Below are positions 56,383 to 64,000 of a stretch of 64,000 bases of DNA, in pieces (the stretch's first letter is position 1; every line of letters begins with the position of its first letter). Made by a program: the position numbers and the translations under genes. The stretch is from Gemmatimonadales bacterium (lineage in GTDB: Bacteria > Gemmatimonadota > Gemmatimonadetes > Gemmatimonadales > GWC2-71-9), in NCBI GenBank assembly GCA_046757925.1, contig JBHHZE010000002.1, forward strand, positions 11,117 through 75,116, read 5' to 3'. The notes under the pieces are model-generated. The model was not told the DNA's origin. It worked only from the letters and a program-made list of their open reading frames with translations, and did no database searches.

Positions 56383-57006
56383 GTGTCGGTACCCCAACAT
56401 CTAAAGAGCAATCCAGCCGCCGGTTCGCGACCGGCGGAAACCGGCTCGATCATTCAAGAGTTGGTTCGTCGTACCCTCCTTTTCGTGGGGGAAGATCCCG
56501 ACAGGCCGGGACTCGTGAGAACACCGCAGCGTGTGGAGACGTCGCTCAAATGGCTCACACGAGGCTATGCGACGTCGGTTGACGAAGTGGTTGCGGGAGC
56601 GGTCTTCGAGGAGTCCCACGATAGCATGGTCCTGGTCAGGGACATAGAGCTTTATTCACTATGTGAACACCACATCCTGCCATTCTTCGGCAAAGCCCAC
56701 GTAGCGTATTTGCCGAACGGTAAGATCCTGGGCCTTTCGAAGATTCCCCGGGTGGTCGATGTCTTTGCACGTCGACTCCAGATCCAGGAGCGCCTGACGG
56801 ACCAGATCGCCGATGCACTCATGCAAACCGTCCAGCCTCATGGAGTGGGAGTGGTGGTTGAAGCATACCACCTTTGCATGATGATGCGTGGCGTTGAGAA
56901 GCAACACTCCAAGACAGTTACCAGTGCCCTGAGGGGACAGTTTCTCGAAGACAGAACACGAGACGAATTCCTGAGGCTCGTGAACGGCGGGAGCTGGCTG
57001 GATTAG
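56383..57006 (+). CDS. folE: GTP cyclohydrolase I
   Basis: [51 protein letters not shown] lies 5 nt before the GTG. Confidence 0.93.
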   Translation: MSVPQHLKSNPAAGSRPAETGSIIQELVRRTLLFVGEDPDRPGLVRTPQRVETSLKWLTRGYATSVDEVVAGAVFEESHDSMVLVRDIELYSLCEHHILPFFGKAHVAYLPNGKILGLSKIPRVVDVFARRLQIQERLTDQIADALMQTVQPHGVGVVVEAYHLCMMMRGVEKQHSKTVTSALRGQFLEDRTRDEFLRLVNGGSWLD

Positions 57007-57704
57007 TGTCGCTCGACGGTAAAATCGCGGTTGTTACGGGTGCGAGCCGCGGCATAGGCTTGGCCGTAGCAGAAAAACTGCGCGCTTCCGGGGCGCACGT
57101 CGTCAGGATCGCTCGTAGCCTGGTCGCAGGAGAAGAGGCGGGCCGTACCGACATACCCTGCGACATCACGAATTCCGGAGCCGTGGAGCGGGCCGCCGGC
57201 GATATCTTGAACCGGATAGGTACCCCAGACATAGTCGTGAACAACGCCGGGAGTTTCATGCTCAAGGCGTTGTCGGAGACGACGGCAAACGAGTTCCGCG
57301 ATCAAATTGCGGTCAATCTAACGGGATCGTTCCTGGTGCTGCACGAATTTCTGCCGCACATGATCCGCAAGGGAGGGGGTCACGTGGTGACCGTCGGCAG
57401 CATATCGGACCACGTTGCGTTTCCGGGCAACGCAGCTTACGGTGCCAGCAAATTCGGGTTGCGAGGATTGCACGAAGTCCTTGCGCGCGAACTCGCCAAT
57501 ACCGACGTCAGGACTACGCTCATCTCCCCGGGTGCCACGGATACCTCCGTCTGGGACGATCTGGACACGGCAGGACAGGATGATTTGTTGGACAGGTCGG
57601 AGATGCTACATGTGGAGGACGTGGCTGATGCCGTCTTGTTCGCGGTTACGCGACCGGCTAGGGCAAACATTGATCTGATACGGGTGAGCCCGTCTTCGAT
57701 ATAG
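57006..57704 (+). CDS. short-chain dehydrogenase/reductase (SDR)
   Basis: VVTGASRGIG cofactor motif, NNAG, catalytic YGASK. The GTG overlaps the folE stop by 1 nt (TAGTG). Confidence 0.9.
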   Translation: MSLDGKIAVVTGASRGIGLAVAEKLRASGAHVVRIARSLVAGEEAGRTDIPCDITNSGAVERAAGDILNRIGTPDIVVNNAGSFMLKALSETTANEFRDQIAVNLTGSFLVLHEFLPHMIRKGGGHVVTVGSISDHVAFPGNAAYGASKFGLRGLHEVLARELANTDVRTTLISPGATDTSVWDDLDTAGQDDLLDRSEMLHVEDVADAVLFAVTRPARANIDLIRVSPSSI

Positions 57705-57839
57705 CAGTGCGCCAGAGAGTGGCGTCTGGGGTTGGCCACCCATGCCATCCCATGTCTCGGGACTGTCGGTGTTCAAGATCGGCCGGAGGGCGGACAATGC
57801 GAAAGAGAATCATGAGACGCTATACCGGGGTGTCGTGAC

Positions 57840-58448
57840 ATGTATATCGAATTGGCTGAGTTCCTCGTGTGTCCTGCCGGCTCCGACCACCATCCGTGTG
57901 TCGTTTCATCCGATGACATGAAAGAACGGAGTGTTGTCGTAGGCACCGTCGGTTGTCCGACGTGCAAGGCGGAATATCCCATCGTCGACGGTATCGTCCA
58001 CTTCGGCCGGGACCCTCTACTCGGCTCCGACAGCCGTTCTGATGATATGACCGTCGAGGAAACACTGGACTCAGCAGTAGTGCATCCCCTGCTGGCCATC
58101 GGCGACTCGGGAGGATACGTGGTGTTGCTGGGGTCGGCCGGTCGAGTCGTGCAGGACTTGGCGGCTCAGCTGCCGGAAGTACAGCTTGTAGCGGTGAATC
58201 CGCCGCCGGATGTCCACCCGTTCTCCTCTCTGAGCGTCCTGCGCGCTACGGCCACGGTGCCGCTCAAGTCCGCCATGGCAAGGGGAGTCGTGGTCGGTGT
58301 CGAGTATTCGCGAGATGACTGGTTGGCCGAAGCCGTACGTGTGCTGATCTCGGATTCGCACCTGGTGGTGGGAGGGAGGAAAGTGTCGGTCCCGGGTGTT
58401 GCAGAACTTGCGGTGGGCGAAGGTCTATGGGTGGGACAGAAGAATTGA
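57840..58448 (+). CDS. Trm112-like zinc-ribbon domain fused to a degenerate methyltransferase-like domain
   Basis: LAEFLVCPAG...VGCPTCKAEYPIVDGIVHF matches the Trm112/DUF343 pattern. The downstream GGYVVLLGSAGRVVQDL resembles a degraded SAM motif I. Confidence 0.55.
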   Translation: MYIELAEFLVCPAGSDHHPCVVSSDDMKERSVVVGTVGCPTCKAEYPIVDGIVHFGRDPLLGSDSRSDDMTVEETLDSAVVHPLLAIGDSGGYVVLLGSAGRVVQDLAAQLPEVQLVAVNPPPDVHPFSSLSVLRATATVPLKSAMARGVVVGVEYSRDDWLAEAVRVLISDSHLVVGGRKVSVPGVAELAVGEGLWVGQKN

Positions 58449-58459
58449 CCTCATCCCGG

Positions 58460-60250
58460 TCATTCGGCATAGAGTTCTTCAATAAGGTCCGCGTACTTCT
58501 GCTCGACCACTCTGCGTTTGACCTTTAGGGTTGGAGTGAGTTCGCCGTCCTCTTGAGTAAAGTCCTTCTCGATAATCAGTATCTTCTTTGGCATCTGGTA
58601 GTGTGCCAAGCCGCGCAAGCTGCCCATGACCTCTACTTCTATCTTCGCGATCACATCGGGCTGCTTGAGAAGCTCATCAGGTTTTGCGAGAATCCGGCGC
58701 TCCGCCGCCCATTTTTCCAGCGCCTCCACGTTGGGAACGATCAGAATAGACGGGAACTTGCGTCTGTCACCGGTCATCATTGCGTTTAACACGAACTTAT
58801 TGGTTTTGACCGTGTTCTCTATGGGCTGCGGAGCTATATTCTTGCCCCCCGCCGTAACGATTATGTCCTTCTTGCGGTCTGTGATCCTGAGGTAGCTGTC
58901 GCTGTCGAGTTCTCCGATATCGCCGGTGTGAAGCCACCCGTCATGGTCAACCGCTTCGCTCGTGGCATCGGGTTTCTGGTAGTAGCCCTTCATGATGTTC
59001 GGACCCCGTGCCAGGATCTCCCCGTCATCGGCAATCCTGACCTCGACGCCGGGCAACGGCTGTCCCACTGTGCCAATGCGTGGAGCGTCGAACGGGTTGA
59101 CAGCTATGACCGGGGACGACTCGGTGAGACCGTAGCCCTCTAGAATTGGGATACCCACGGCGTAGAAGAAGCGGGCGATCTCGGGTGCGAGTGGCGCACC
59201 GCCCGAAACGAAGAATCGGATGCGTCCCCCAGTCCTGGCCTTGAGTTTGGAGAATACGAGTGCGTCGGCCAACCGCTTTTTCATGGCGAGACCGGCTGGA
59301 ATGGCTTGGCGGCTCAACGAGAGATCGGCCCAGGCGTCGGCCGTCTTGCGGGCCCAATAGAAGATCCTCCGCTTGACTGACCCCCCCGACATCGCGTTCT
59401 CCAAGACCCGAGCATAGATCTTCTCGAACAGTCGCGGCACAGAGAGGACAACCGTGGGTTTGACCTCGAGCAGGTTGGCGGGAACGTGGTCCATGTCTTC
59501 GGCGTAGTTGATAGTGACTCCGGCCTTGAACATCGTATAGTGGCCGGCCATGCGCTCGAAGCTGTGCGACAGCGGTAGGAGCGAAAGGCAACTGTCGTCC
59601 GGCCCGATCGGGATCACTTGCAGTGCCCCTTCGACGTTGGAGGCGATGTTGCGATGCGTCAGGATCACGCCCTTTGGCGGCCCCGTCGTTCCCGATGTAT
59701 AGATCAAGGTCGCTGCCTCGTCGGGGTCTATCCGGCACGCCAAATCGCGGTAGTCAGTGTATTTCGATTCGGCGGACCTGCCGAGTTGGCAGAGGGAGTC
59801 TAGACTGAGTATGTCAGGGTCGTCCATGTCGGGGTCAAACGTGATGACATGTCTCAGGCGTGGCATCTCGTTGCGAAGCCCGCTAATCTTTTCAAACTGC
59901 TTACGGCCGGAAACGAAGATGGCGCAGCTTGCGGAATCCTTGATGATGTAGGACACCTGTTTCGGGGGAATCGTGGGATATATTGGGACATCTGTGCAGC
60001 GTGCCGTTAAGCACGCGAAATCCGCAATCGCCCACTCGGGACGGTTGACGGACAGAATTGCCACGCGGTCACCGGGTTGCATACCGAGCTCCATGAGCCC
60101 GATGGCGGCATGGTGAACTCGACGTTCGAGTTCACGGTGGGTGATATCGTGCCAGCTATCGTTCTGCTTGTACCTCACCGCAGCACGCTTGGAACCGAAG
60201 CGCTCGATGGCATCGAAGTAGAGCTGCGTCAGCGTGTCGCTCGAGTTCAC
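58460..60250 (-). CDS. long-chain acyl-CoA synthetase (AMP-dependent synthetase/ligase)
   Basis: AMP-binding motif IYTSGTTGPPKGV, GYGLTES, TGDIGELD, KDIIVTAGGKNI. Confidence 0.92.
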   Translation of the reverse strand: MNSSDTLTQLYFDAIERFGSKRAAVRYKQNDSWHDITHRELERRVHHAAIGLMELGMQPGDRVAILSVNRPEWAIADFACLTARCTDVPIYPTIPPKQVSYIIKDSASCAIFVSGRKQFEKISGLRNEMPRLRHVITFDPDMDDPDILSLDSLCQLGRSAESKYTDYRDLACRIDPDEAATLIYTSGTTGPPKGVILTHRNIASNVEGALQVIPIGPDDSCLSLLPLSHSFERMAGHYTMFKAGVTINYAEDMDHVPANLLEVKPTVVLSVPRLFEKIYARVLENAMSGGSVKRRIFYWARKTADAWADLSLSRQAIPAGLAMKKRLADALVFSKLKARTGGRIRFFVSGGAPLAPEIARFFYAVGIPILEGYGLTESSPVIAVNPFDAPRIGTVGQPLPGVEVRIADDGEILARGPNIMKGYYQKPDATSEAVDHDGWLHTGDIGELDSDSYLRITDRKKDIIVTAGGKNIAPQPIENTVKTNKFVLNAMMTGDRRKFPSILIVPNVEALEKWAAERRILAKPDELLKQPDVIAKIEVEVMGSLRGLAHYQMPKKILIIEKDFTQEDGELTPTLKVKRRVVEQKYADLIEELYAE

Positions 60251-60283
60251 TGTGACACCTCAGGCATGGCGCCGGCTATGGGT

Positions 60284-61084
60284 TTACGGGTTGCTCTGAA
60301 AATCTACGACGAATCGGATTGGAGACCCTGGTACCGTGTCGCCCCGGGCCGTGAGCCCAACTGCTTGGACCACCGCTGAGTCGGGTACGGTCGAACCGCT
60401 CACACGTCTTATTACTACAAATGCAAGGCCGGAGCCGTCTGTCGTAGCGATGAACTGATGCGGTGTGCTACCCGGCACCGTGTCTGTCTGCGTTAGAAAG
60501 AACCCTTCCGTCTCCACTCCACCAGGTGTGGGGACAGTGACTGAAAAATGCACCGGTTTACCCAGAAGCGCGATCTGGGAATCGGGCACCGTGGTGAGGT
60601 CATAAACCATGGTGCTCAGATTGGGAGAAGTTGTAGCGCCAACTGCCAGCGTGATCGGAGAATCGCCCGACAATCCGATGGAATCCGGAGCCGGTGTCAC
60701 CGTGACCGTAACTATACCCGACCGCAGAGATCCCACCCTTGCCTGCACCCGTCCCATGCCAGGGGATAGTGCGCTCACCAGTCCGGACGTTCCGTCTATG
60801 GTAAAGCCCACTTGGCCACTGTCCACATCCAGCGTTTCCCAGATGATGTCCGCATCGGCTATCGGGTTGTTGCCTGCGTCGACCGCCCGCGCCATCAGCG
60901 AGAGCGTGTCTCCTTCCTCGAGCGAGCGCTGGGCGAGTCCGTCCAGCTCGATGGCGACAACGCCTCCCGGCCCGCTTGGTATGGATGTGCATGCCGCCGT
61001 TAGTGCTATCAGGATCGTGGGCGGCCTCAGGTTTCCTCCTTGACTCCCAGATCGTCCAAAGCGCTGCGAGCGTGCTGGATCCAC
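60284..61084 (-). CDS. lipoprotein with Ig-like (Big_2-type) domains
   Basis: Lipobox ...ILIALTAAC and repeated Ig-like segments (ARAVDAGNNPIADADIIWETLD...). The start is uncertain (ATG 61084 or CTG 61030). Confidence 0.6.
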   Translation of the reverse strand: MDPARSQRFGRSGSQGGNLRPPTILIALTAACTSIPSGPGGVVAIELDGLAQRSLEEGDTLSLMARAVDAGNNPIADADIIWETLDVDSGQVGFTIDGTSGLVSALSPGMGRVQARVGSLRSGIVTVTVTPAPDSIGLSGDSPITLAVGATTSPNLSTMVYDLTTVPDSQIALLGKPVHFSVTVPTPGGVETEGFFLTQTDTVPGSTPHQFIATTDGSGLAFVVIRRVSGSTVPDSAVVQAVGLTARGDTVPGSPIRFVVDFQSNP

Positions 61085-61461
61085 TTGGCGGCGTCTGGAC
61101 CGCTGGGTGGTCGTGCAAGGAAAATCTGGAGGTGCTTAACCGCATAGTCGGTTTCGCCGCGTCGCATGAGGAGGAAAGCCAGGCCGTAGTGGGCACCGGC
61201 CAGATTGTCATCGATCTCCAGGGCGCGGCGATAATATCGAATCGCCTCGTCGACGCGCTGCGTCTTGGTATAGGCGATTGCCATGTTCTGCAGAATACGG
61301 GGGTCTGCCGGATGATCCCGCAGCGCGAGTCTGTAGGATGTTAGAGCGGCATCGTAGTCGCCCTGACGCTCAAGGGCCAACGCCTCGTTGAGGTAGTCGA
61401 GCCTCTGGGGCCTGAGCGATGCGCCCCGGCGCCGTCCAAAGAGGCGATTCCAGAAAGCCAT
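61027..61461 (-). CDS. TPR-repeat protein
   Basis: Three to four TPR-like repeats (ALALERQGDYDAALTSYRLAL, AIAYTKTQRVDEAIRYYRRALEID, LAFLLMRRGETDYAVKHLQIFL). I moved the start to ATG 61461 because 61566 would overlap the divergent PRTase start codon. Confidence 0.6.
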   Translation of the reverse strand: MAFWNRLFGRRRGASLRPQRLDYLNEALALERQGDYDAALTSYRLALRDHPADPRILQNMAIAYTKTQRVDEAIRYYRRALEIDDNLAGAHYGLAFLLMRRGETDYAVKHLQIFLARPPSGPDAAKWIQHARSALDDLGVKEET

Positions 61462-61564
61462 GACCACGCGCAAGATACCGCCGCATCTGGTGGGAGGCAA
61501 CGCATGAACGTTCATTGCCGGAGTTCGACCTACCGCAGGGTAGGGCAATAGAGCATCTTGCACC

Positions 61565-62086
61565 ATGATGATATCACATGGTCACCGCGACATCCTGGAC
61601 ATCGATTGGGCCTTTTTCGGGGAACTATGCCGCTCTCTAGCGCTCCGTATCCAAGGTCATTACGATCCGGAGCTGGTTTTGGGGATTACCAAGGCGGGCG
61701 TGATTCCGGGGGTCGTGGTGGCGTCCATCATGCAACGTGACTTCGCGTCAATGGGAGTTACGCGGCTGGGCGACGCGGTCAGCCCCACCCTGGTGACGGA
61801 ACCTCCGCCGGGAGTTGCGGGGCGCCGCATCTTGGTGGTGGACGAGACGTGCGATTCGGGCGATACGCTGAAACTGGCAACTGCCGCCGTCAAAGAGTTG
61901 GGACCGGCTGCCGTCAAGACCGCCGTTTCCTTCCAAACGGGATCCTACGAGCCCGACTTCTATGGTATGGCTACGAAGAGCACGATAATACTGCCGTGGG
62001 ATCGCGAAGTCATTGTGGATGGGGAACTGGTGCCGCGGACTGAGTATGCCGCGCGGCTCGCTCAGGAAGAGAGCGCCGATTCGTAG
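61565..62086 (+). CDS. phosphoribosyltransferase (purine PRTase-like)
   Basis: PRPP-binding motif RILVVDETCDSGDTL and a type I PRTase layout. Confidence 0.82.
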   Translation: MMISHGHRDILDIDWAFFGELCRSLALRIQGHYDPELVLGITKAGVIPGVVVASIMQRDFASMGVTRLGDAVSPTLVTEPPPGVAGRRILVVDETCDSGDTLKLATAAVKELGPAAVKTAVSFQTGSYEPDFYGMATKSTIILPWDREVIVDGELVPRTEYAARLAQEESADS

Positions 62087-62643
62087 TCGTCGCCGTTGGT
62101 TAGGGCTTCGTAGACCGACTCCATGGTTTCCGGGGCGCCGAGGAGGAACTTACAGCGACTTTCGTTCCGCGTGCGGCACTCGACCTCCATCACCGCCACC
62201 GGCGTGCCGGCCAGCCGTCCCATGAAGTCGGCGAACATCCCGGACGCCACGTAGCAGGAGGGTAAGTCGGCGTGGGCGCCAGGATCTGATTCCGCCCAGT
62301 TGGAGGAAGTGATCGCAATGCCCGATTTCCCTGCGCGTTCAACGGTCAATCTTCCCCAGCCAATAGCCTCAAAATAGGCTGACAGCACCTCACCAAGGGC
62401 ATTGGAATCGAGATCCGACGGATCGTCTATGCCCGTGTAGCCAGGCAGCCAGGCACAAAAGCTTTGATAGATCTGCGCGCCGGCTGCATAGCCCGCCTCT
62501 TGGAGGCAAACCGCAGACTTAACACCCAAGTCGCGGTCCAACGATCTGCGCAGCGTGTGCAAGAAGGCGCGCCCCACACCGAGCATCGCGCCGTTGAGTT
62601 CTATTGGGGTCATACGATGATTGCTGGGCTCATGTACTGGCAA
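62062..62643 (-). CDS. V4R (4-vinyl reductase-like) domain protein
   Basis: C-terminal VAVMEVECRTRNESRCKFLLG resembles the V4R small-molecule-binding domain Cys pattern. Confidence 0.5.
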   Translation of the reverse strand: MPVHEPSNHRMTPIELNGAMLGVGRAFLHTLRRSLDRDLGVKSAVCLQEAGYAAGAQIYQSFCAWLPGYTGIDDPSDLDSNALGEVLSAYFEAIGWGRLTVERAGKSGIAITSSNWAESDPGAHADLPSCYVASGMFADFMGRLAGTPVAVMEVECRTRNESRCKFLLGAPETMESVYEALTNGDDYESALSS

Positions 62644-62673
62644 CTTAGGTCGTGCACTGCAGACTTGGCAAGT

Positions 62674-63468
62674 CTACCGTCCCTTGGCTTCTTCCTGAAT
62701 GACGGTCATGGCGACGTCCACGAGTCGATCCAGCTCTTCACCCGATGCCCGCGACAGCAATCCCTCACTCCAGGCCCCTTCGCGATTCGCATATGCATCG
62801 AGTAACCGCCTCAGAAAGCCGATCAGCGCCGTGCGTTCCGAGTCGGCCCTACTGTTGCGCTCCGACGCGTCCGACTCGCGCTCGGCCATTTGTTCGAAGC
62901 GGTAGGCATTGCGCAGCATCTTTGCAGCCAGTTCCGCAACCACTTGGGTGAATTTCACGTCCGCATCCGAAAACGCCGGGCCATCGCGGAATGTGCGAAG
63001 GAAGATGGCACCGATCGACGTATCGCGCCACGTGATCGGCACGACCGTAATGCTTTGGACCTTGCGGTTCTCCAAGACGCCTCTGATGCTCTTGAGAGTG
63101 GAATCTGTCTGTGCATCCGGGATGTATACGGTCTCACCCGATGTAAAGGCTCTTTCGAGTTCCGGATAGCGTGTTAGGTCAACGACGTGGTTCCTGATGC
63201 TCGGGTCTTCGTAGGATGCTACGAGCCGTGCGGTTGCGTTGCCCTGTTCACTCAGGAATATGGAACAACGGTCTAGTCCGAAGGTCTCGCCCAGCTTGCG
63301 GGCTATAGTTTGCAGGATATCCACAAAATGCAGCGTGCCCGAGATTTCCTGCAGAATATCGACCACGACCTGCAGATGTCTGCGCTCCTGTTCCAACTCC
63401 TGAACGCGCAGCCTGAGCCGCGTCAGCTCAGCACTATCCGGAGAGGTTTGGATGTCTGTCATTACCAT
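62674..63468 (-). CDS. GAF-domain protein with N-terminal coiled coil
   Basis: LQTIARKLGETFGLDRCSIFL...VVPITWRDTSIGAIFLRTF is a typical GAF-domain pattern. I see no output domain. Confidence 0.65.
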   Translation of the reverse strand: MVMTDIQTSPDSAELTRLRLRVQELEQERRHLQVVVDILQEISGTLHFVDILQTIARKLGETFGLDRCSIFLSEQGNATARLVASYEDPSIRNHVVDLTRYPELERAFTSGETVYIPDAQTDSTLKSIRGVLENRKVQSITVVPITWRDTSIGAIFLRTFRDGPAFSDADVKFTQVVAELAAKMLRNAYRFEQMAERESDASERNSRADSERTALIGFLRRLLDAYANREGAWSEGLLSRASGEELDRLVDVAMTVIQEEAKGR

Positions 63469-63562
63469 TCCTGTCGACTCGAGGTAGGAGTATAGTCTGC
63501 CGGACTCGACGGAGGTAAGTCAAGGCACTAGAATCCGGTGTCAAATGTAAGGAGGATTCTGC

Positions 63563-64000
63563 ATGCGCTTGGCGTTTGCACTGGTATTGATGACGACCGT
63601 CGCTTCGGCCGCTGTCGCACAAGTCTCCGGCGTTGCACCTGACCCAGTACCCGGTTTGCCGGGGGCGGGGCGTCCCGTCGATATAGAGGCGTTCAGGGCA
63701 CGGCGAGCCGCATTGATGGATAGGATTGGTGACGGCGTGATCGCGGTCCCGGCAGCAAAGCAGCGGGACTTGGAAACGGTGGTGCTGCAGGACAATGACT
63801 TTCGGCAGGACGACTATTTTTTCTATCTGACGGGGATCGAGACTCCGAACGCCTGGTTGCTGTTGCTGGCCTCGAGCGACGGTGAAGACCGCGCGGTCCT
63901 GTATCTCCCTCCGCGAGATCCCAATAGAGAACAGTGGACCGGCAGGAAGCTGGGACCCGATGACCCTGCCGTCAGATTGATCGGCATTGAAGATGTAAGG
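63563..64000 (+). CDS. Xaa-Pro aminopeptidase (M24B), N-terminal part. The ORF runs off the right edge, so it is absent from the ORF track.
   Basis: AAGGAGG precedes ATG 63563. My translation: MRLAFALVLMTTVASAAVAQ (signal) ...FRARRAALMDRIGDGVIAVPAAK...FRQDDYFFYLTGIETPNAWLLL...REQWTGRKLGP, the AMP_N domain pattern. The frame is open to position 64000. Confidence 0.78.
   Translation, partial: MRLAFALVLMTTVASAAVAQVSGVAPDPVPGLPGAGRPVDIEAFRARRAALMDRIGDGVIAVPAAKQRDLETVVLQDNDFRQDDYFFYLTGIETPNAWLLLLASSDGEDRAVLYLPPRDPNREQWTGRKLGPDDPAVRLIGIEDVR

Noticed and set aside
56030-56453. ORFs 56030..56260 (+), 56005..56202 (-), 56199..56453 (-) and 56343..56582 (+) in the folE upstream region.
   Set aside because: They mutually overlap and are Arg/Ser-rich, with no motifs. 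One runs into folE in another frame. The region is better explained as a leader or promoter.
1-64000. Scan for CRISPR repeats, transposase/integrase/recombinase genes, reverse transcriptase (YxDD), toxin-antitoxin pairs, rRNA, RNase P/SRP/tmRNA signatures, and DnaA-box clusters.
   Set aside because: I recognised none by eye. The window looks like core chromosome with continuous operons rather than an island. A proper Rfam/ISfinder/defence-finder scan would be needed to be definitive.

Overview
This is a GC-rich, very gene-dense chromosomal segment with roughly 60 protein genes. Most gene junctions are 0-30 nt or are overlapping ATGA / TAGTG-type junctions. The host looks like a diderm bacterium: there is a Kdo transferase, a signal-peptide beta-barrel OMP and many lipobox proteins. 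An FCB-group / Gemmatimonadota-like origin is only my guess. I saw no rRNA, tRNA, CRISPR array, transposase, integrase or prophage genes.

Layout from left to right:
- waaA (partial, runs off the left edge, not in the ORF track), then a CPBP protease and a DsbA-like protein.
- A minus-strand housekeeping run: dnaE, accA, PSP1/RicT-like, metG, M23 peptidase.
- A lipoprotein HExxH metallopeptidase paired with a beta-barrel OMP.
- gdhA and an M20 dipeptidase.
- A lipoate-centred block: lipA, pdhA, pdhB, E2, lpd, a membrane protein, lipB.
- A glycine-oxidase-like flavoprotein, then DUF3108 and a GT2.
- A 54-aa FmdB zinc-ribbon gene (below the ORF-track cutoff) coupled to PspA-like and RemA/DUF370-like genes.
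- A five-gene peptide ABC importer.
- An LplA-family protein, gcvP, gcvH, coaE, tdk, then HU.
- A degenerate DEAD-box-like protein with a DbpA RNA-binding tail.
- A + strand operon: GrdB-like, DmpA(S58), aminotransferase, O-methyltransferase.
- A translationally coupled cluster: nurA, herA, two paralogous exported proteins, mre11/sbcD, rad50/sbcC, GNAT.
- folE-SDR, a Trm112-like protein, an acyl-CoA synthetase, a Big_2 lipoprotein, TPR, PRTase, V4R, GAF, and the 5' part of an Xaa-Pro aminopeptidase running off the right edge.

Most interesting observations:
1. ORFs 42807..43325 and 43344..43604 are one reading frame interrupted by a single TGA. The TGA sits where GrdB-family proteins carry selenocysteine (UxxC). 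A 35-nt imperfect hairpin starts 3 nt downstream and is SECIS-like.
2. The archaeal-style NurA-HerA-Mre11-Rad50 genes form a single overlapping operon. It is interrupted by two tandem paralogous signal-peptide proteins of unknown function and ends in a GNAT.
3. A DEAD-box helicase homologue has lost the DEAD, SAT and HRIGRTGR motifs but keeps an intact DbpA RNA-binding domain.

All family assignments come from motif recognition by eye. No database search was run.
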